A stretch of 64,000 nt of DNA from a virus. The notes beneath the pieces were generated by a model that ran no database searches, was not told the origin of the DNA, and was given only the letters and a program-made list of their open reading frames with translations. The stretch spans positions 64,001 to 128,000 of IMG/VR virus record IMGVR_UViG_3300032213_002070; one strand, 5' to 3'. A program made the translations under genes and the position numbers. Shown one piece after another: positions 41,133-52,815 of the stretch. The first letter of the stretch is position 1. Every line of letters begins with the position of its first letter.

Positions 41133-43149
41133 TTAAAGTTTGCGACGGCCCATAAAGGCATCTACGAACAGCTCTTCAACTGTGTCGACTCTAGCTTGTG
41201 GTGCTGTTTCTACTTCTTCATCTTCTAGTATAACATTGTCTTCCTTTTCTAGAAGAATGTCATTCTCGATGATGGATTCATTAAGTTTTTGAATATTCTT
41301 TTTTGCTACTGGAAGTTTAGCTAAATCTCTTAACGAATCTGCTAATGATCCTGCGGACCTCTTAGTGTGATCGATAATCAATTCTTCTCTACTTTCAACA
41401 GACTCTGTACCTAATGAAATTTTTGTATCAACAACTCTTTCGGCTAATGTACGGTGTAGTGCTTCTTTGAGTTTAGCATTTTCTTCTTGGAGAGCTTGAA
41501 GTTTATTTACTTCATCATTGGTATCTTGCTCATCAGCCTTTACTTCATCTGTGAGCTCCACCTTTGACTCTTCTTGCTCTTCCATTTCTGCGGGGATTTC
41601 AGCATTTGCAGAATCAACCACTTCTTGTTCAACTTGTTCTTCTGTTGTCACTGTTATCTCCTTAGACTCTGTATTATCAATTGTTTCTGATTCGTTTGCT
41701 GGCTCCATAGGCTCTTCCTTTAAAGAAGACCTTAATTGCCATGCCCACTTCTTATGCTTATCGTCGCGCTCTGCAAGGAAGTTTGCAATTCCCTGTTCGT
41801 TAGCTGCGTTTGCCACAGCAAATGCAGCCATCACGCTTGCGTTCACCATATTGTTTTTTTCGAGAATACCTTGTGCTAAACCAAGAGCCTCTGTTATTGT
41901 CATATCATCTTTGAATGACGAATTCATAACTGATTCAGTAAGAGTTGCAGGGAAAGCTTGAAGTTTTCTCATGTTTTCTGCAATTTGATCAACCGACCCA
42001 ATGGCATCTTCATATATATTTGAGAATAGCTCATGGTACTCACTAAAATCTTCACCTTCAATATTCCAGTGCGCTCTATGAGCTGCAAAGTAAAATACTA
42101 TTGTGTCATTCAAGACTCTTTGAAGACTTGCTGCTAAGCCTGTGGCGTCAGCTTCTCCAACTTGTACGGCTTCTTCAAGCTCTACGGTTTCTTCGGTCTC
42201 TACAGAAGAGGCAGCTATAGTGGAAAGATCTTGGCTTAAATTTTCGACAGCGGCCAAGACGTCTTCACCCTGAATGGTTTCGTCCATACTAAGATTCTCC
42301 TCATTATCAATAATCATCTTTCTAGATAGTAACGAGGTATCATCAGCCTTAGCAGTTTCGCTTTCCTGAAAAGCAAGTGCGGTAAGGAAAGATCCCTTAA
42401 GGTGCAAATATAGCGGCCTTGATTCCTTCTTTTTAAGATTCTTAAAGATAGACTCATTTTCTTCAACGGTAGTGATATCTTCTTTGTCCATATGGAGAAT
42501 AAATGCTGTGCTCTTAGCGGTCCAGGTATCTGAATCATTGATTGGTGTTGAACCGTCAATAATCTTCGATGATCTTACGCTAGATCTTTGATCAGCTGGT
42601 TGATTAACAAAAGAATATTCTTTAAAAGAGATATCTTGCATGTCTGCAAAAGCTAGCTTACCCTTGTAAACTTGGCCTCTCTTATACTTAACTGGCTTTG
42701 GTCTTCCGTCAGCTGTTTCTGCGGCTAGATCTTCTCCGGATATAGAACAAATTGCTCTTCCCGCTCTGCCGCCAACTGAGCCGGTTAGGTACCTTTGATC
42801 TGAGATCTTCTGAGCAGCCTGTGGATCTGTTACAGCTATCTGCAAACGAATGTATGGTGAGCCATCGGCTTCTTTGTCCATCTTAGCTGCGATTACTCTA
42901 CCAATTGGCTCTGAGTTCAAATCATGATTTAAAATAATAGGCTTTGGGTATGGCTCAACCCAAGACTGGAGTGACTTCTCTAAAGCATCTGCCGAGTAGT
43001 TATTGTAGTTAGCTGTTAATCCGTTCGTGGATTGCAGCAACTTCTATAATAAGGCCTTGCTTGCCGTTTGATGATTCGGCAAAATCGCTTTCCAAATTCG
43101 AGAGGTCAGGAAGTTGGAGAGTGAAATTTTCTACGAAATCAAATGCCAT
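41133..43149 (-). CDS. Prohead protease-Dps-like-scaffold fusion (~671 aa); +1 shift at CGGA 43020-43023
   Basis: GGAG RBS; ATG 43149 MAFDFVE...EVAAIHE-CGG, stop 4 codons later; +1 frame GLTANYNNY. Protease motifs ILNHD..PIGR, TGSVG, EYSFVNQPAD. Dps-like HWNIEG..F..YHELF...D.IAE. Acidic coiled-coil C-terminus. Confidence 0.8.
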
Positions 43150-43238
43150 TATGTTTACTCCATTTAAATATTAATATGCTCTTATAGTAAATTGTCTTTT
43201 ATAAGATTAAACAATCTTATATAAATATATCATACTTT

Positions 43239-44012
43239 CTATGCAACTGTAAAGAAAGCGTTTCCTCTATCATCTCCATTGACTAAAAAGTTATCCAACA
43301 TTGCTTTATGCATTATATGTGGAGCGTAGATATATGAAGCGGAATATAGGTTATATCCAAGTTTTGCTGCATTCCCAGACCAACCTAAATCTTCACCTTG
43401 TGAATGCAATGAATAATTTACGTTGCTATAAACATCTTTAGACATCATCTTTGCTGCCATAATAATATCAGATTTAAAGTACTCACCTAGTGGATAGGTT
43501 GGCTTCCTGTACCCGCGCTTACCTGGTTCATTTTCCCAGTTCATTACACTTGGATACATTTTATCCATAGGAGTCATAAACATCAGTGGACTTACTGCAT
43601 CTGCGCCTGATTGAATATGCGATATTAAAAGTTGAATTGTATTAGGATTAGTTAAAAGGATATCCGAATCTAGGCTAAAGAAATAATTTGGATTTAATTC
43701 TCTGACCTTATTCAACATGGTATTACGCAGATTAACCATGTTTTCGTATTTAGACATACTCCAAGTTCTAGTTCCTTCTTCATGAATAAAGTGTGGAACG
43801 TCTGGTTTTATATCAATAATAAATTCTGGAATATCTGGTCGAGCATTCCTATAACGTATTAACATCTCTATAGTTTGTTCATCATCAGGAGATGCTTCAA
43901 AAACAAAACCTATTTTAGAAAAATCAATATTTTGATTTTCTATACAAGATATCCAGTAGGGAAATATCCAATCTCTTTTATAGATTGGACAACCAATCAC
44001 CAATTCAAGCAT
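43239..44012 (-). CDS. GT-A fold glycosyltransferase
   Basis: IGCPIYKR...LRN...FSLDSDILL...GEDLGWS. Confidence 0.7.
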   Translation of the reverse strand: MLELVIGCPIYKRDWIFPYWISCIENQNIDFSKIGFVFEASPDDEQTIEMLIRYRNARPDIPEFIIDIKPDVPHFIHEEGTRTWSMSKYENMVNLRNTMLNKVRELNPNYFFSLDSDILLTNPNTIQLLISHIQSGADAVSPLMFMTPMDKMYPSVMNWENEPGKRGYRKPTYPLGEYFKSDIIMAAKMMSKDVYSNVNYSLHSQGEDLGWSGNAAKLGYNLYSASYIYAPHIMHKAMLDNFLVNGDDRGNAFFTVA

Positions 44013-44015
44013 GTT

Positions 44016-44324
44016 TTATGCAGTAGCTTCAACTACTGTTTCTTTTGCCTTTTTCTTTGGCGCTTCAACTGCTGGTTCTTCTTTTTTTGTTTCAACTAAA
44101 GGAATATCTTCTTTTACTGTTTGTTTTGGAACAACCACAGAAGCTTGCACCGCTTCTGGTTCTTCATCAATAATGATATCAAGAATTGCATCAATAACGT
44201 CTACTAAAGCCTCAAGAGCTAAACGTGTTTGTCCATTGTTAACTGCTCTTTTAAATACTTGAAGAATATCTTCTTCTGGATTTTGGCTACCATTCAATTT
44301 TTCATTTATATCAAACATTGTCAT
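44016..44324 (-). CDS. Hypothetical protein
   Basis: ORF overlapping the portal stop. Confidence 0.55.
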   Translation of the reverse strand: MTMFDINEKLNGSQNPEEDILQVFKRAVNNGQTRLALEALVDVIDAILDIIIDEEPEAVQASVVVPKQTVKEDIPLVETKKEEPAVEAPKKKAKETVVEATA

Positions 44325-45948
44325 CTTCCTTTGTTACATCGGACTCCACAACAGTATACTCGTTATCTAGTAAAGATTCAATTACTGATAAGAAATTATT
44401 ATCAAATCTCTTAATATCAGGTGATGTTTTTCTACCGTTTTGATTCATCGGGCGCATTGCATTGCCTACACCTTTTTTCTTAGAAGGTAAGTTTCTTTGC
44501 CCAGCTGGAGCTGATTTCTGTCCGTCTGAAGTTTTTGGATCTGGTGGTGTATTTGCAGCTTGTGCTTTTGCTGTTCCGGTAGCAACATCAATCTGTATAT
44601 CACCCTGGATGGACGCGTACGTGCTCTTAGCGTCGACTTCTGGGTCATACCCCAGTGCAACACGCGCCTCATCAACTGTAATCAAATTGTTGATAAATTT
44701 TTGTATAATATGATTTTCTTTTTTAACCTGTGTATCAACATCAATTTCTTTAAACTTGAAATAGCATCTATCCGAAACGCCAGTTTCTAGTGGGTTAGTG
44801 ATTGGATCAAAGCCGCCCTCAAATAACAATTCGTTAAATACATTTAATCTAATCATCTCAGAAAAGAGTTTCTGATATTGCTTAATTCTGTCGTATAAAG
44901 CTACGTCTAATCTTTCTGTTACTGATCTATTTCCACCGTTTAAAGACATGCCCAAGTGATGTGGAGCAACTCCTAAACCAATAGCTACACGTTCTTTAAA
45001 GTGGTTTAAATACTGACTTGCATCTAACGATGCGCCTTGTGAACCAATTACTTCTACGTCATGTCTAAACGGAAGTATTAATCCACCTTCAGCTCTTAAG
45101 TTTTCTATTTCTATTGCTGCTTGTTGGATTTCTTCTGGCTCTGCTGGTTGCTCTGCTGTACCAATTTTGTATTTGTAAAGTGGAAACAATTCTCTGTGAA
45201 CAAGATTTTGAATATCTTCTTCAATTTGGCGCAAAGCAATTACGTCGTCTAGTACGTTAATCAAAAATGGAGTACCAAAAGCTCTACCAGTTTTTCTATC
45301 TAAATGCAAGTGTATTACTTTATCCGCAGTCCAAACTGGATTACCTTCAAGTGGCATGTAGGTAAGAGGATCTGTCTGTTGACGATAAGACTTTGGCTTG
45401 TTGTGCTTATCTCTGAAAATTCGTACCTGCTCAGTTGGTATTAAATAATAACCAACAACTGGCATGTCACCAGTCATAGGAGAAAGTTTATCAGGAAAGT
45501 AATCGCTAAGATCTCCTCTTGCCTTAACTATAAAAGCATTTGCGTACTTAAAAAGTTGATCGGAAACCTCCATTAAGAAATCAACGAATGGTCTCTTCAT
45601 GGCTATTTCCATAAAGTCTATTCTTTGGGCTAGGTATGAAACTGCTTCAGGATTCTCTGAAGTTATTTCCCAACCTTCTTTCCAAAAAAGATCTTTATAT
45701 TTAGACATAGCTGATTTAACATAAGAGTCTGTATCAATTGCTTGCATTAATCTTTCAAAATCGTAGGTTGGTCTTTCAAAGATAGCTCTAGTATTAAAAT
45801 AATAGTTAGTGCCTTGAAAACCTAACGCCAACGAGGCGACTTTCATCGCCTTTGATAAACCTTTTACTTGCTCTGGGTCTAACGCCTTTGCAGAAAAATT
45901 ATTGTCGTTGTCTACTCGTTGAAAAGGTAAATAGTCTCTTATGGGCAT
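44311..45948 (-). CDS. Portal protein
   Basis: 545 aa upstream of the protease; NAFIVK, VIHL...AFGTP, LGVAPHHLG, ITVDEARVALG. Confidence 0.85.
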   Translation of the reverse strand: MPIRDYLPFQRVDNDNNFSAKALDPEQVKGLSKAMKVASLALGFQGTNYYFNTRAIFERPTYDFERLMQAIDTDSYVKSAMSKYKDLFWKEGWEITSENPEAVSYLAQRIDFMEIAMKRPFVDFLMEVSDQLFKYANAFIVKARGDLSDYFPDKLSPMTGDMPVVGYYLIPTEQVRIFRDKHNKPKSYRQQTDPLTYMPLEGNPVWTADKVIHLHLDRKTGRAFGTPFLINVLDDVIALRQIEEDIQNLVHRELFPLYKYKIGTAEQPAEPEEIQQAAIEIENLRAEGGLILPFRHDVEVIGSQGASLDASQYLNHFKERVAIGLGVAPHHLGMSLNGGNRSVTERLDVALYDRIKQYQKLFSEMIRLNVFNELLFEGGFDPITNPLETGVSDRCYFKFKEIDVDTQVKKENHIIQKFINNLITVDEARVALGYDPEVDAKSTYASIQGDIQIDVATGTAKAQAANTPPDPKTSDGQKSAPAGQRNLPSKKKGVGNAMRPMNQNGRKTSPDIKRFDNNFLSVIESLLDNEYTVVESDVTKEDDNV

Positions 45949-46007
45949 AGTACATCCTTAATTGTGCCTGTATCTAAATAGTAGACACATTTTGTCTAGG
46001 CTGTAAT

Positions 46008-46190
46008 TTATTGTTTTTCTAGCATTCCTGCTGCTTCAAAGGTCTTCTTAATAATAAGATCCTTTACAGCCTCAAGCCAGAAAACTGTTTCAGCTTCTGT
46101 AAAATCACTCTTGTAAGAAAGATTCTTATCGCTAATCTTAATTTCAACTACAAATTCTGTCTTTACTTCTACTTCTGGTGTATCACTCAT
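46008..46190 (-). CDS. Small hypothetical protein
   Basis: Packed ORF with AAGGA RBS. Confidence 0.55.
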   Translation of the reverse strand: MSDTPEVEVKTEFVVEIKISDKNLSYKSDFTEAETVFWLEAVKDLIIKKTFEAAGMLEKQ

Positions 46191-46191
46191 T

Positions 46192-46398
46192 TTATATTTG
46201 TCCTTTTAGTCTTTTGATAATAATCGATTGTTGTTTAATTGTTGCTTCTTTTATAACTAAATCAGTCATTAAGCTGCTAAGTTTTTCCTGAAAAACAGCT
46301 ATAACTAAATTAACATCTAAATTAGAATCATTAATATCTGATTGAGAAGTTTCCATTATACCAGTTTCTTGTTCCTCTTGCTTGCTTATTCTAGACAT
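46192..46398 (-). CDS. Small coiled-coil protein
   Basis: TGGTATAAT 6 nt before the ATG (leaderless). Confidence 0.55.
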   Translation of the reverse strand: MSRISKQEEQETGIMETSQSDINDSNLDVNLVIAVFQEKLSSLMTDLVIKEATIKQQSIIIKRLKGQI

Positions 46399-46413
46399 TT
46401 TGTTATTATACCA

Positions 46414-48346
46414 CTAACTAAGCTTAGACTCAAGTTCTTCTACTTTAGCTGACAGCTCTTGAACAGATTTAATTAAGATTCCAATAAATTCATCTAAATT
46501 TATAGCTTGCTGAGAATCGGGATCTTCTTTATCGGCAATTGCCCAACCACTATATTCATCTGTTGGAAATCCAGATTGCTCAAATGCTTCTTTTACTTCC
46601 TGCGCTACCAAACCAAAATGTTTTCTTTTTCCGGGCCCTACTGGCTCATATTCCGACTGGTTAGTTTCTTGGTCAACTGAAACCACTTTACTATCACCAG
46701 AAGAATTTTTCATCAGATAAACTCTTGGTTTTAAAGCATTAATTAAACCTAAAACACTTGGAGTATCTTCTATAGAATCTTTTATTCGACGATCTGATAT
46801 CTTTACTAAACTACCACTATAATTAACGTTATTCCAATAATAACTTGCCGTTCCACAATTTCTACTACCAGCACTAAAGGGATAAAAGTTAGTGTCCCAA
46901 CCTGAACTTGATGGATTAACAAATCCAATACCATTAACTCTTGAGTAACCAGATTCACCAAAAGAACAATAACCGAGTATCATAATACCCATCTATAGCA
47001 AGTGATCCACCAGTAATTGTTGGAGAATTAATAGAAATAGATGCTGTAATTGTTCCACCAGAAATTGTTTCAGCGGCTAAAGAACCAGTTGCAATTTTTC
47101 CACCACTAATAGTTGTTACACTATCGCCTATTCTTGCTTCTAACTCACCAGGTCTTATTCTTGTTGAAGCCTCATAAGCAGCATCCTCTGCGGTACCTTG
47201 GGCTAGCACAGCTATCTCTCCAGCACTAATTGCAGTACTAAGTGCTGTAGATGCATTTGATTCCGCGTTATTAATAAGCGTAAGAGTGTTACCACCTGTA
47301 ATGTTAATATTTCCACTTACTGTAAGACTGCTACCATCCCAAGTTAATTTATTACCTAAAGAAAATTGACTGGCACTATCAACATAAAATGGTGTATTAG
47401 TATTATTATAAACTCCATTACCAAGATAGATTTTAGAATTATCCGTTTGGGATAAAACCGTATTTCCAGTAAGGGTTAAAGTTTTTGCAGTAACTTCTCC
47501 AGTATTAGTTACCCTAAATGGTGCTATTGCAAAACTTGTGCTATTTGCACCGCTCCACATGTTTCCGTTTGAATCAACATGGAATGATGTTGCATCAGAT
47601 GTTCCTTGATCTTCACCAATATCTAAACTGGATCTAATGCTTGCATCATTAAAAACTGCTTTTCCATCACCACTTATTTTCCAACCAGTTCCACCAAATG
47701 TAGTATTTGCTGCTTGGTAATTACTGGATTTTAATATTGAATTAACTCCAGCCATTGTAATGGTATGTGCACCAATTGTTCCAGCTGTAATTTTTGATGC
47801 CGTGAGATCTATGATGTGAGCTGAATCAATTAATGTTGTAGCTGTTGATGCAACTATTGGAGTCCATTCAGAAGTGTTACCGGTTGTGTCAACAGATTGT
47901 ACTCTTCCAAAATAAAGCTTTTCAGTCGTTACAACTGCTGAGACTCCAGTGTTAGAATTAACAGTTGTATTACTAGTTGAGTTTTGTGGAACATCTACTG
48001 TAATAACGTTAGAAGCAGATACTCCCGATAGGTATGGAGTTGCTCCTGAATTGATAACGTAAGTTGACCCAGATTGACTAATGCTTTCGGGTAAGTAAAC
48101 TTGATAATTATATGCTTTTAAGTCAGCTTCATTTGAAGGATTAAAACTAATCATTATAGATTTATAGTTACCAACTATAACTAGATTGCCTAGATCAGCT
48201 GGTTGAGTCACATCTAATGGAATCTCAAATCTAACAGCTGCAGTAGGATCTAAGGTTGCATTAATGTCTGCATCTTTGGGTTTAACGGTTAATAAATACT
48301 GTTTGCCAGGCTTAAGGTTTTGTATCGTTTTTTTGATAGTTGCCAT
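46414..48346 (-). CDS. Tail fibre/spike with C-terminal S74 chaperone (~643 aa); +1 shift at CGGT 46972-46975
   Basis: ORF 46955..48346 ends ACT CGG TTA TTG TTC TTT TGG TGA. The +1 frame GYCSFGE... carries SDRRIKDSI...LKPRVY...GLVAQE. Confidence 0.75.
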
Positions 48347-49333
48347 TATTTTATTCCACCTATAGACTTAAATGATAAATCAGGATTAATAATTTGATTA
48401 CCTAATGAAAAATTAAAATTAGTTAAAAAAGAAATTTTATTAACTCTTACAGAAGAACTAGTTGAAAGTACATTTTTATCTTGCAAAGTTTCTATTTCTA
48501 TATTATATTCTAAATATTCTAAATTTGTTTTTTCAAAAATAATTGTTTCTTTTTCGGTTAATGAAAAACAATCTACCTCAAACCAATCTAGTATTACATT
48601 TTCAGTATCAGATGTTTGAACTTGTTTTGTGCTTATTCGTATCTTAAATTTTCCATAACCAGGACCTACTGAACCATGTACTCTTACTTTTGGCCCGCTA
48701 AAAGATGAAACTACTTTAGCTCCAGCTACTTGAGATAATCCATTTATCCAGTCAGTACCTTCATTAAAATATGCTAATTTATAGTAACCATTAGAAGATC
48801 TAATAATTTCTTTTTCATAAAGATTTATACTTGAAGGCGTTGCGCTATACAAAGGGGAGTAGCCAGGAGATGCTTCAATTGTAGATATATAAGTTTTTGG
48901 ATATTTAATATATTCTATAGCGGTTGAAGTACCAGTGGTCACTGGCGTTGCGTGGATGTACTTTATATAATCTGAACCGTAATATACAGAGTATTCTCCT
49001 GAGGTAAGTTGTCCAGGCAAGTGATCTTTTACGGATTTAAAGTATAAGATACCATCAACTATCTTTGATACAGTTGGACTTGCAGCTTCTGTTGAGTTAG
49101 TAGATTCATAAACAACAATGTATGAATGATCTTGTAAGACTTTGTTTAAATTTTTATCATATAATATATTTAATTCTTCATCTGCAATATCTACAAATAA
49201 CCAGTTGTTTTTACCAATATAGTCTTTAAATTCTGGAGGAGTTACTCCGTCTTTTTAAAGGCGGCTTTATATAGACCTTACTCGTTGGAGAGGCAAGAGA
49301 ACTTGTATTGTCTAAATAGTTAAACCATGTCAT
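48346..49333 (-). CDS. Virion protein (~328 aa); +1 shift at CGGA 49246-49249
   Basis: ATG 49333 MTWFNYL...PPLKR-CGG, stop 7 codons later. The +1 frame GVTPPEFKDY... joins ORF 48346..49020. Confidence 0.7.
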
Positions 49334-49334
49334 G

Positions 49335-50945
49335 TTATATCTCTATGTATAGGATTTCAAAATCGTATTTGTCTTTAATATCATCTGGAATATCTATACT
49401 GATGTTGACATCGGCTATGGGTACTCCACCTTGTAGTATATCAGGTGTGTAGGAATCAACAGTGATACTTATTTCCTTTGAGGCAGATATTACTTGATTT
49501 AATGTTATATCTCTTCTAACTGAATCGTAGTCAATATCTATTGATCTAATTCTTTCTGATCCATCTATTCCGCTATGCATATGCTTTGTTATGTTAACAC
49601 CGCCTATTTTAGCTTCGTTTTCTAGTAAGATATCTCCTGTAATAGCTCCGCCTGATTTCATTAAGTATTGAGGATGGCTATCATCTCCAAGATCGTCTAA
49701 TAAACCATGGCTTGAATTTAATGAATTAATATGAGAAGTATTAACATAAATGCTAGATAATAATGCTGCGTAAGAATCACTTGTTTTAACAGCGGTTATT
49801 CTTTCTTTAGTTAAAGCTTTGTTGGAAAGTTGAAAAATATAGTTAGCGTACTTTCTTCTTTGTATTAGACTTTGAAGAATTACATCTATTTTTTGACTTG
49901 CGTTATTTTTTCTTTCCAGAAGATCAGTTAATATAGATTTAAAATTTCCCTCAACTGATAATAACGCTATAGTTACTTCTTCTGCTAGTGTGGGCATTTC
50001 TGATTTCATTTGAGTTGTTTGGAAATCTAAAGAAAAATCTGATATAACTTTAGTTTTAAATCTTAAAGCTGGAGTTAAATATCTAGTGTAAAATACATTA
50101 CAATTTGTTACAAGATCTTTATGAAGAGAATCTAATTGATTATCTATAGAAACAGTTAATGAGTTTACTCTGATCGAAAAAAATGCTTGAAATTGAGCGG
50201 CTTGTTTTTTAGTTGCTTTATCCAATTCGGATTCTGATATACCGGTTGGCGACGTCGTGATTGCTTTGGCAAAGAGTTCCTTATAGTGGACTGCCATTTT
50301 TGCCCAGTATAAGAAGTATGTTGAAACTTGTTGTTGTGATTCATCTTCATATTTATCTCCAAAATTCATACTAAGACAATTTTTGATGTTTTCAATTTCG
50401 TTTATTAAATATTTAATTATTTCTCTAAAATCATAAATATGTCCAAACGTAGAATTTGATATTAAATTATCATACTCTTTAACAAACTTTCGATGACCTC
50501 TAGTCACACAATCTTCTGCGTAAAGATATTGGTCAAAGCATATGAATGGTGGTTTTGGATATTTTAGATCTCCAGGATATCCTTCTATTTCTATTGCTGG
50601 AAATGAAGATTGATTCTTATTTATTTCATCCCAAATATATGTATGCGATTCTTCTAAGTTTGGGTTATTGAATGGATTTAAGTTTACTTGTCTTAATATA
50701 TCTTCCAAATCTTTTAGAAAAACTGACAATGCATCTGATGCTTTATTAACTTCTTTTTTAACCTGATCTATAGGCATTGAGTATGTCTGGTCACTTCCGT
50801 AAGAAGTGCTTATGTTACTATACGCAGGAATTCCACTAGAGGCATTTGCTGGATTTTCCAAAGCTGATAAAGCTGATGATTCACCTATCGAATAGTCATC
50901 AAAGATGCTTCCAGAAGAACTTGAACTAGTATTAATAATACTCAT
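49335..50945 (-). CDS. Hypothetical virion protein
   Basis: 536 aa; contains H..L..L..D.HPQY and H.HSG.DG motifs seen in fibre-like proteins. Confidence 0.5.
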   Translation of the reverse strand: MSIINTSSSSSGSIFDDYSIGESSALSALENPANASSGIPAYSNISTSYGSDQTYSMPIDQVKKEVNKASDALSVFLKDLEDILRQVNLNPFNNPNLEESHTYIWDEINKNQSSFPAIEIEGYPGDLKYPKPPFICFDQYLYAEDCVTRGHRKFVKEYDNLISNSTFGHIYDFREIIKYLINEIENIKNCLSMNFGDKYEDESQQQVSTYFLYWAKMAVHYKELFAKAITTSPTGISESELDKATKKQAAQFQAFFSIRVNSLTVSIDNQLDSLHKDLVTNCNVFYTRYLTPALRFKTKVISDFSLDFQTTQMKSEMPTLAEEVTIALLSVEGNFKSILTDLLERKNNASQKIDVILQSLIQRRKYANYIFQLSNKALTKERITAVKTSDSYAALLSSIYVNTSHINSLNSSHGLLDDLGDDSHPQYLMKSGGAITGDILLENEAKIGGVNITKHMHSGIDGSERIRSIDIDYDSVRRDITLNQVISASKEISITVDSYTPDILQGGVPIADVNISIDIPDDIKDKYDFEILYIEI

Positions 50946-50952
50946 TGATTAC

Positions 50953-52815
50953 CTAAAACATTTTTCTAGAAACCCTTTTTGCGGGTCTCCCTTTTTTGAG
51001 ACCTGGCATCAAGTCTGAGTTTCTCTTAGTGGTTACCATAATACCACTTGCTGGTTTACTCTTGTCATCGTCGTCATCTATTTTGGTACCATTGGTCTTC
51101 GGCATGAAAAAAGTATTAGAAAAACTTTCTGTATTTCTAGCTACTTTTAATTTACTAAAATCACCATAGTTTTGAGTAATAGCTAATAGCGCCAACATTA
51201 AAGCGTCATGCGCGTGGTCAACTGCTGAACCGCCGGCTTCAAAAACTGGTCTACCAGATTGAGTAGTTCTTACTACAACGTAAGATATTAATTGTAAATA
51301 CATTTCTTCATCTGAAGCTGGAAATAGCAATTGTTCTTTTTCTAAGAATTGAGTAAGGTTATCAACCATATATGGCTTAATTTCCTTTTTAACTGGAAGC
51401 TTAGTATATGGATCACGAATTTCTATAGATTCTCCAAAACCAATTCCTTTAACCCTATCACGCAAACTGGATCTAGGATTTTCTGTTCCGTATTTTCTAA
51501 GAAGCTCTACCTGTACTTCTCCATAACCACGGTCAACATAAATATGTTTAGGGCTAAAAGACTCATTTAATTCCACTATTCTATTTACAGCATTAGTGAG
51601 GGTATACTCAGACTTGGCTATTTCTTCTCGATATACAAGTCTTACTTTACCTCTAAATCTTTCGTCTTCATACGTATCATTACAAGCTTCTAGTACAACG
51701 ATATTTGTTCCTGCGCCGTATTTATCCCAGTCAACTCCTATTGTATAGAATGATCTAGCTGATTGTACTTCGGGTATATACGCCCAAGAAGGATCTATAA
51801 AAGCTTTATCTACATACTTTCTAGGGTATACACCTTCTGAGTCTTCTCCCCAGTCTGCTTCTATTTCATGTCGATATCCAGATTCTGAATATTGCTCTCT
51901 AAACTCATCTTCTTGATCTTTAGAAAAGAATGGGTTACAGTATGATGGATACCAATACTCTGTAAATCTTTCTGACTTACACCATTCCCAAAATCTTTCT
52001 CTTCTTCCAGTCGGAGTAGATGCTCCAATTAAAACTTTGTCTGGTTGATCTTCGGCAGTTTTTTGCAACATCGCATACAAAGCGTCTAGGTCGTCTGCGT
52101 GCATGTAGTCCATTTCGTCTAACACGATGATGTGAGCTTCCTGACCACGAGCAACGTCTGACTTGCCACCTGATCTCATACCAGAAGTAAAAAATCGAAT
52201 AGTAGAGCCATTAGAAAATTCAATCATGAATTGAGGGCTTGTTACTTTTCTAGTTACTGATCCAGATACAATTCCATTTTTAGCAGCTAAACGATTAATT
52301 TCCTGATATATAAGTTCTACTTGAGTTTTCATAGGCGCAATAACTAAACATCTACCGTCTCTATGTGTGTAACTATAATGTAGTAAGTAGATTGCCATTG
52401 TATATGTTTTACCTAAACGACGACCAGCTCTTAATACTTTTCGTAAAGAAGGATCTCTAAGAATTATAGTTTGATAAACTCTTGTTTCAGCTCCAAGAAA
52501 ATGCTTAGCCCATCTACAAGGATCTTTAGCTATATGTATTTGTCTTTGTTGTTCTGCTGAAATGCCGGCATTTAATAAATCATTATTTACCTCAAATGGT
52601 TCGTCAACCAATAATGCTAATTCTCTATTGGTAAAATTTCTACCAATGATAGGAGATCCATCAGCCCAATTTAAATGTTTTAGTTTATTCTTAAATACCC
52701 ATTCAATTCTATTTATTTGTTTAGTATATTCTGGATCTTGGGCGTTAATGATCTCAAGTAAATCTTCTCTAGAAAGAGCTTCTAATTGTTTTCTAAATTC
52801 TTTAGTATTATCCAT
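50953..52815 (-). CDS. terL: Terminase large subunit
   Basis: Walker A AGRRLGKT, Walker B IIVLDE, ASTPTG, nuclease GVDWD...DHAHDA. Confidence 0.92.
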   Translation of the reverse strand: MDNTKEFRKQLEALSREDLLEIINAQDPEYTKQINRIEWVFKNKLKHLNWADGSPIIGRNFTNRELALLVDEPFEVNNDLLNAGISAEQQRQIHIAKDPCRWAKHFLGAETRVYQTIILRDPSLRKVLRAGRRLGKTYTMAIYLLHYSYTHRDGRCLVIAPMKTQVELIYQEINRLAAKNGIVSGSVTRKVTSPQFMIEFSNGSTIRFFTSGMRSGGKSDVARGQEAHIIVLDEMDYMHADDLDALYAMLQKTAEDQPDKVLIGASTPTGRRERFWEWCKSERFTEYWYPSYCNPFFSKDQEDEFREQYSESGYRHEIEADWGEDSEGVYPRKYVDKAFIDPSWAYIPEVQSARSFYTIGVDWDKYGAGTNIVVLEACNDTYEDERFRGKVRLVYREEIAKSEYTLTNAVNRIVELNESFSPKHIYVDRGYGEVQVELLRKYGTENPRSSLRDRVKGIGFGESIEIRDPYTKLPVKKEIKPYMVDNLTQFLEKEQLLFPASDEEMYLQLISYVVVRTTQSGRPVFEAGGSAVDHAHDALMLALLAITQNYGDFSKLKVARNTESFSNTFFMPKTNGTKIDDDDDKSKPASGIMVTTKRNSDLMPGLKKGRPAKRVSRKMF

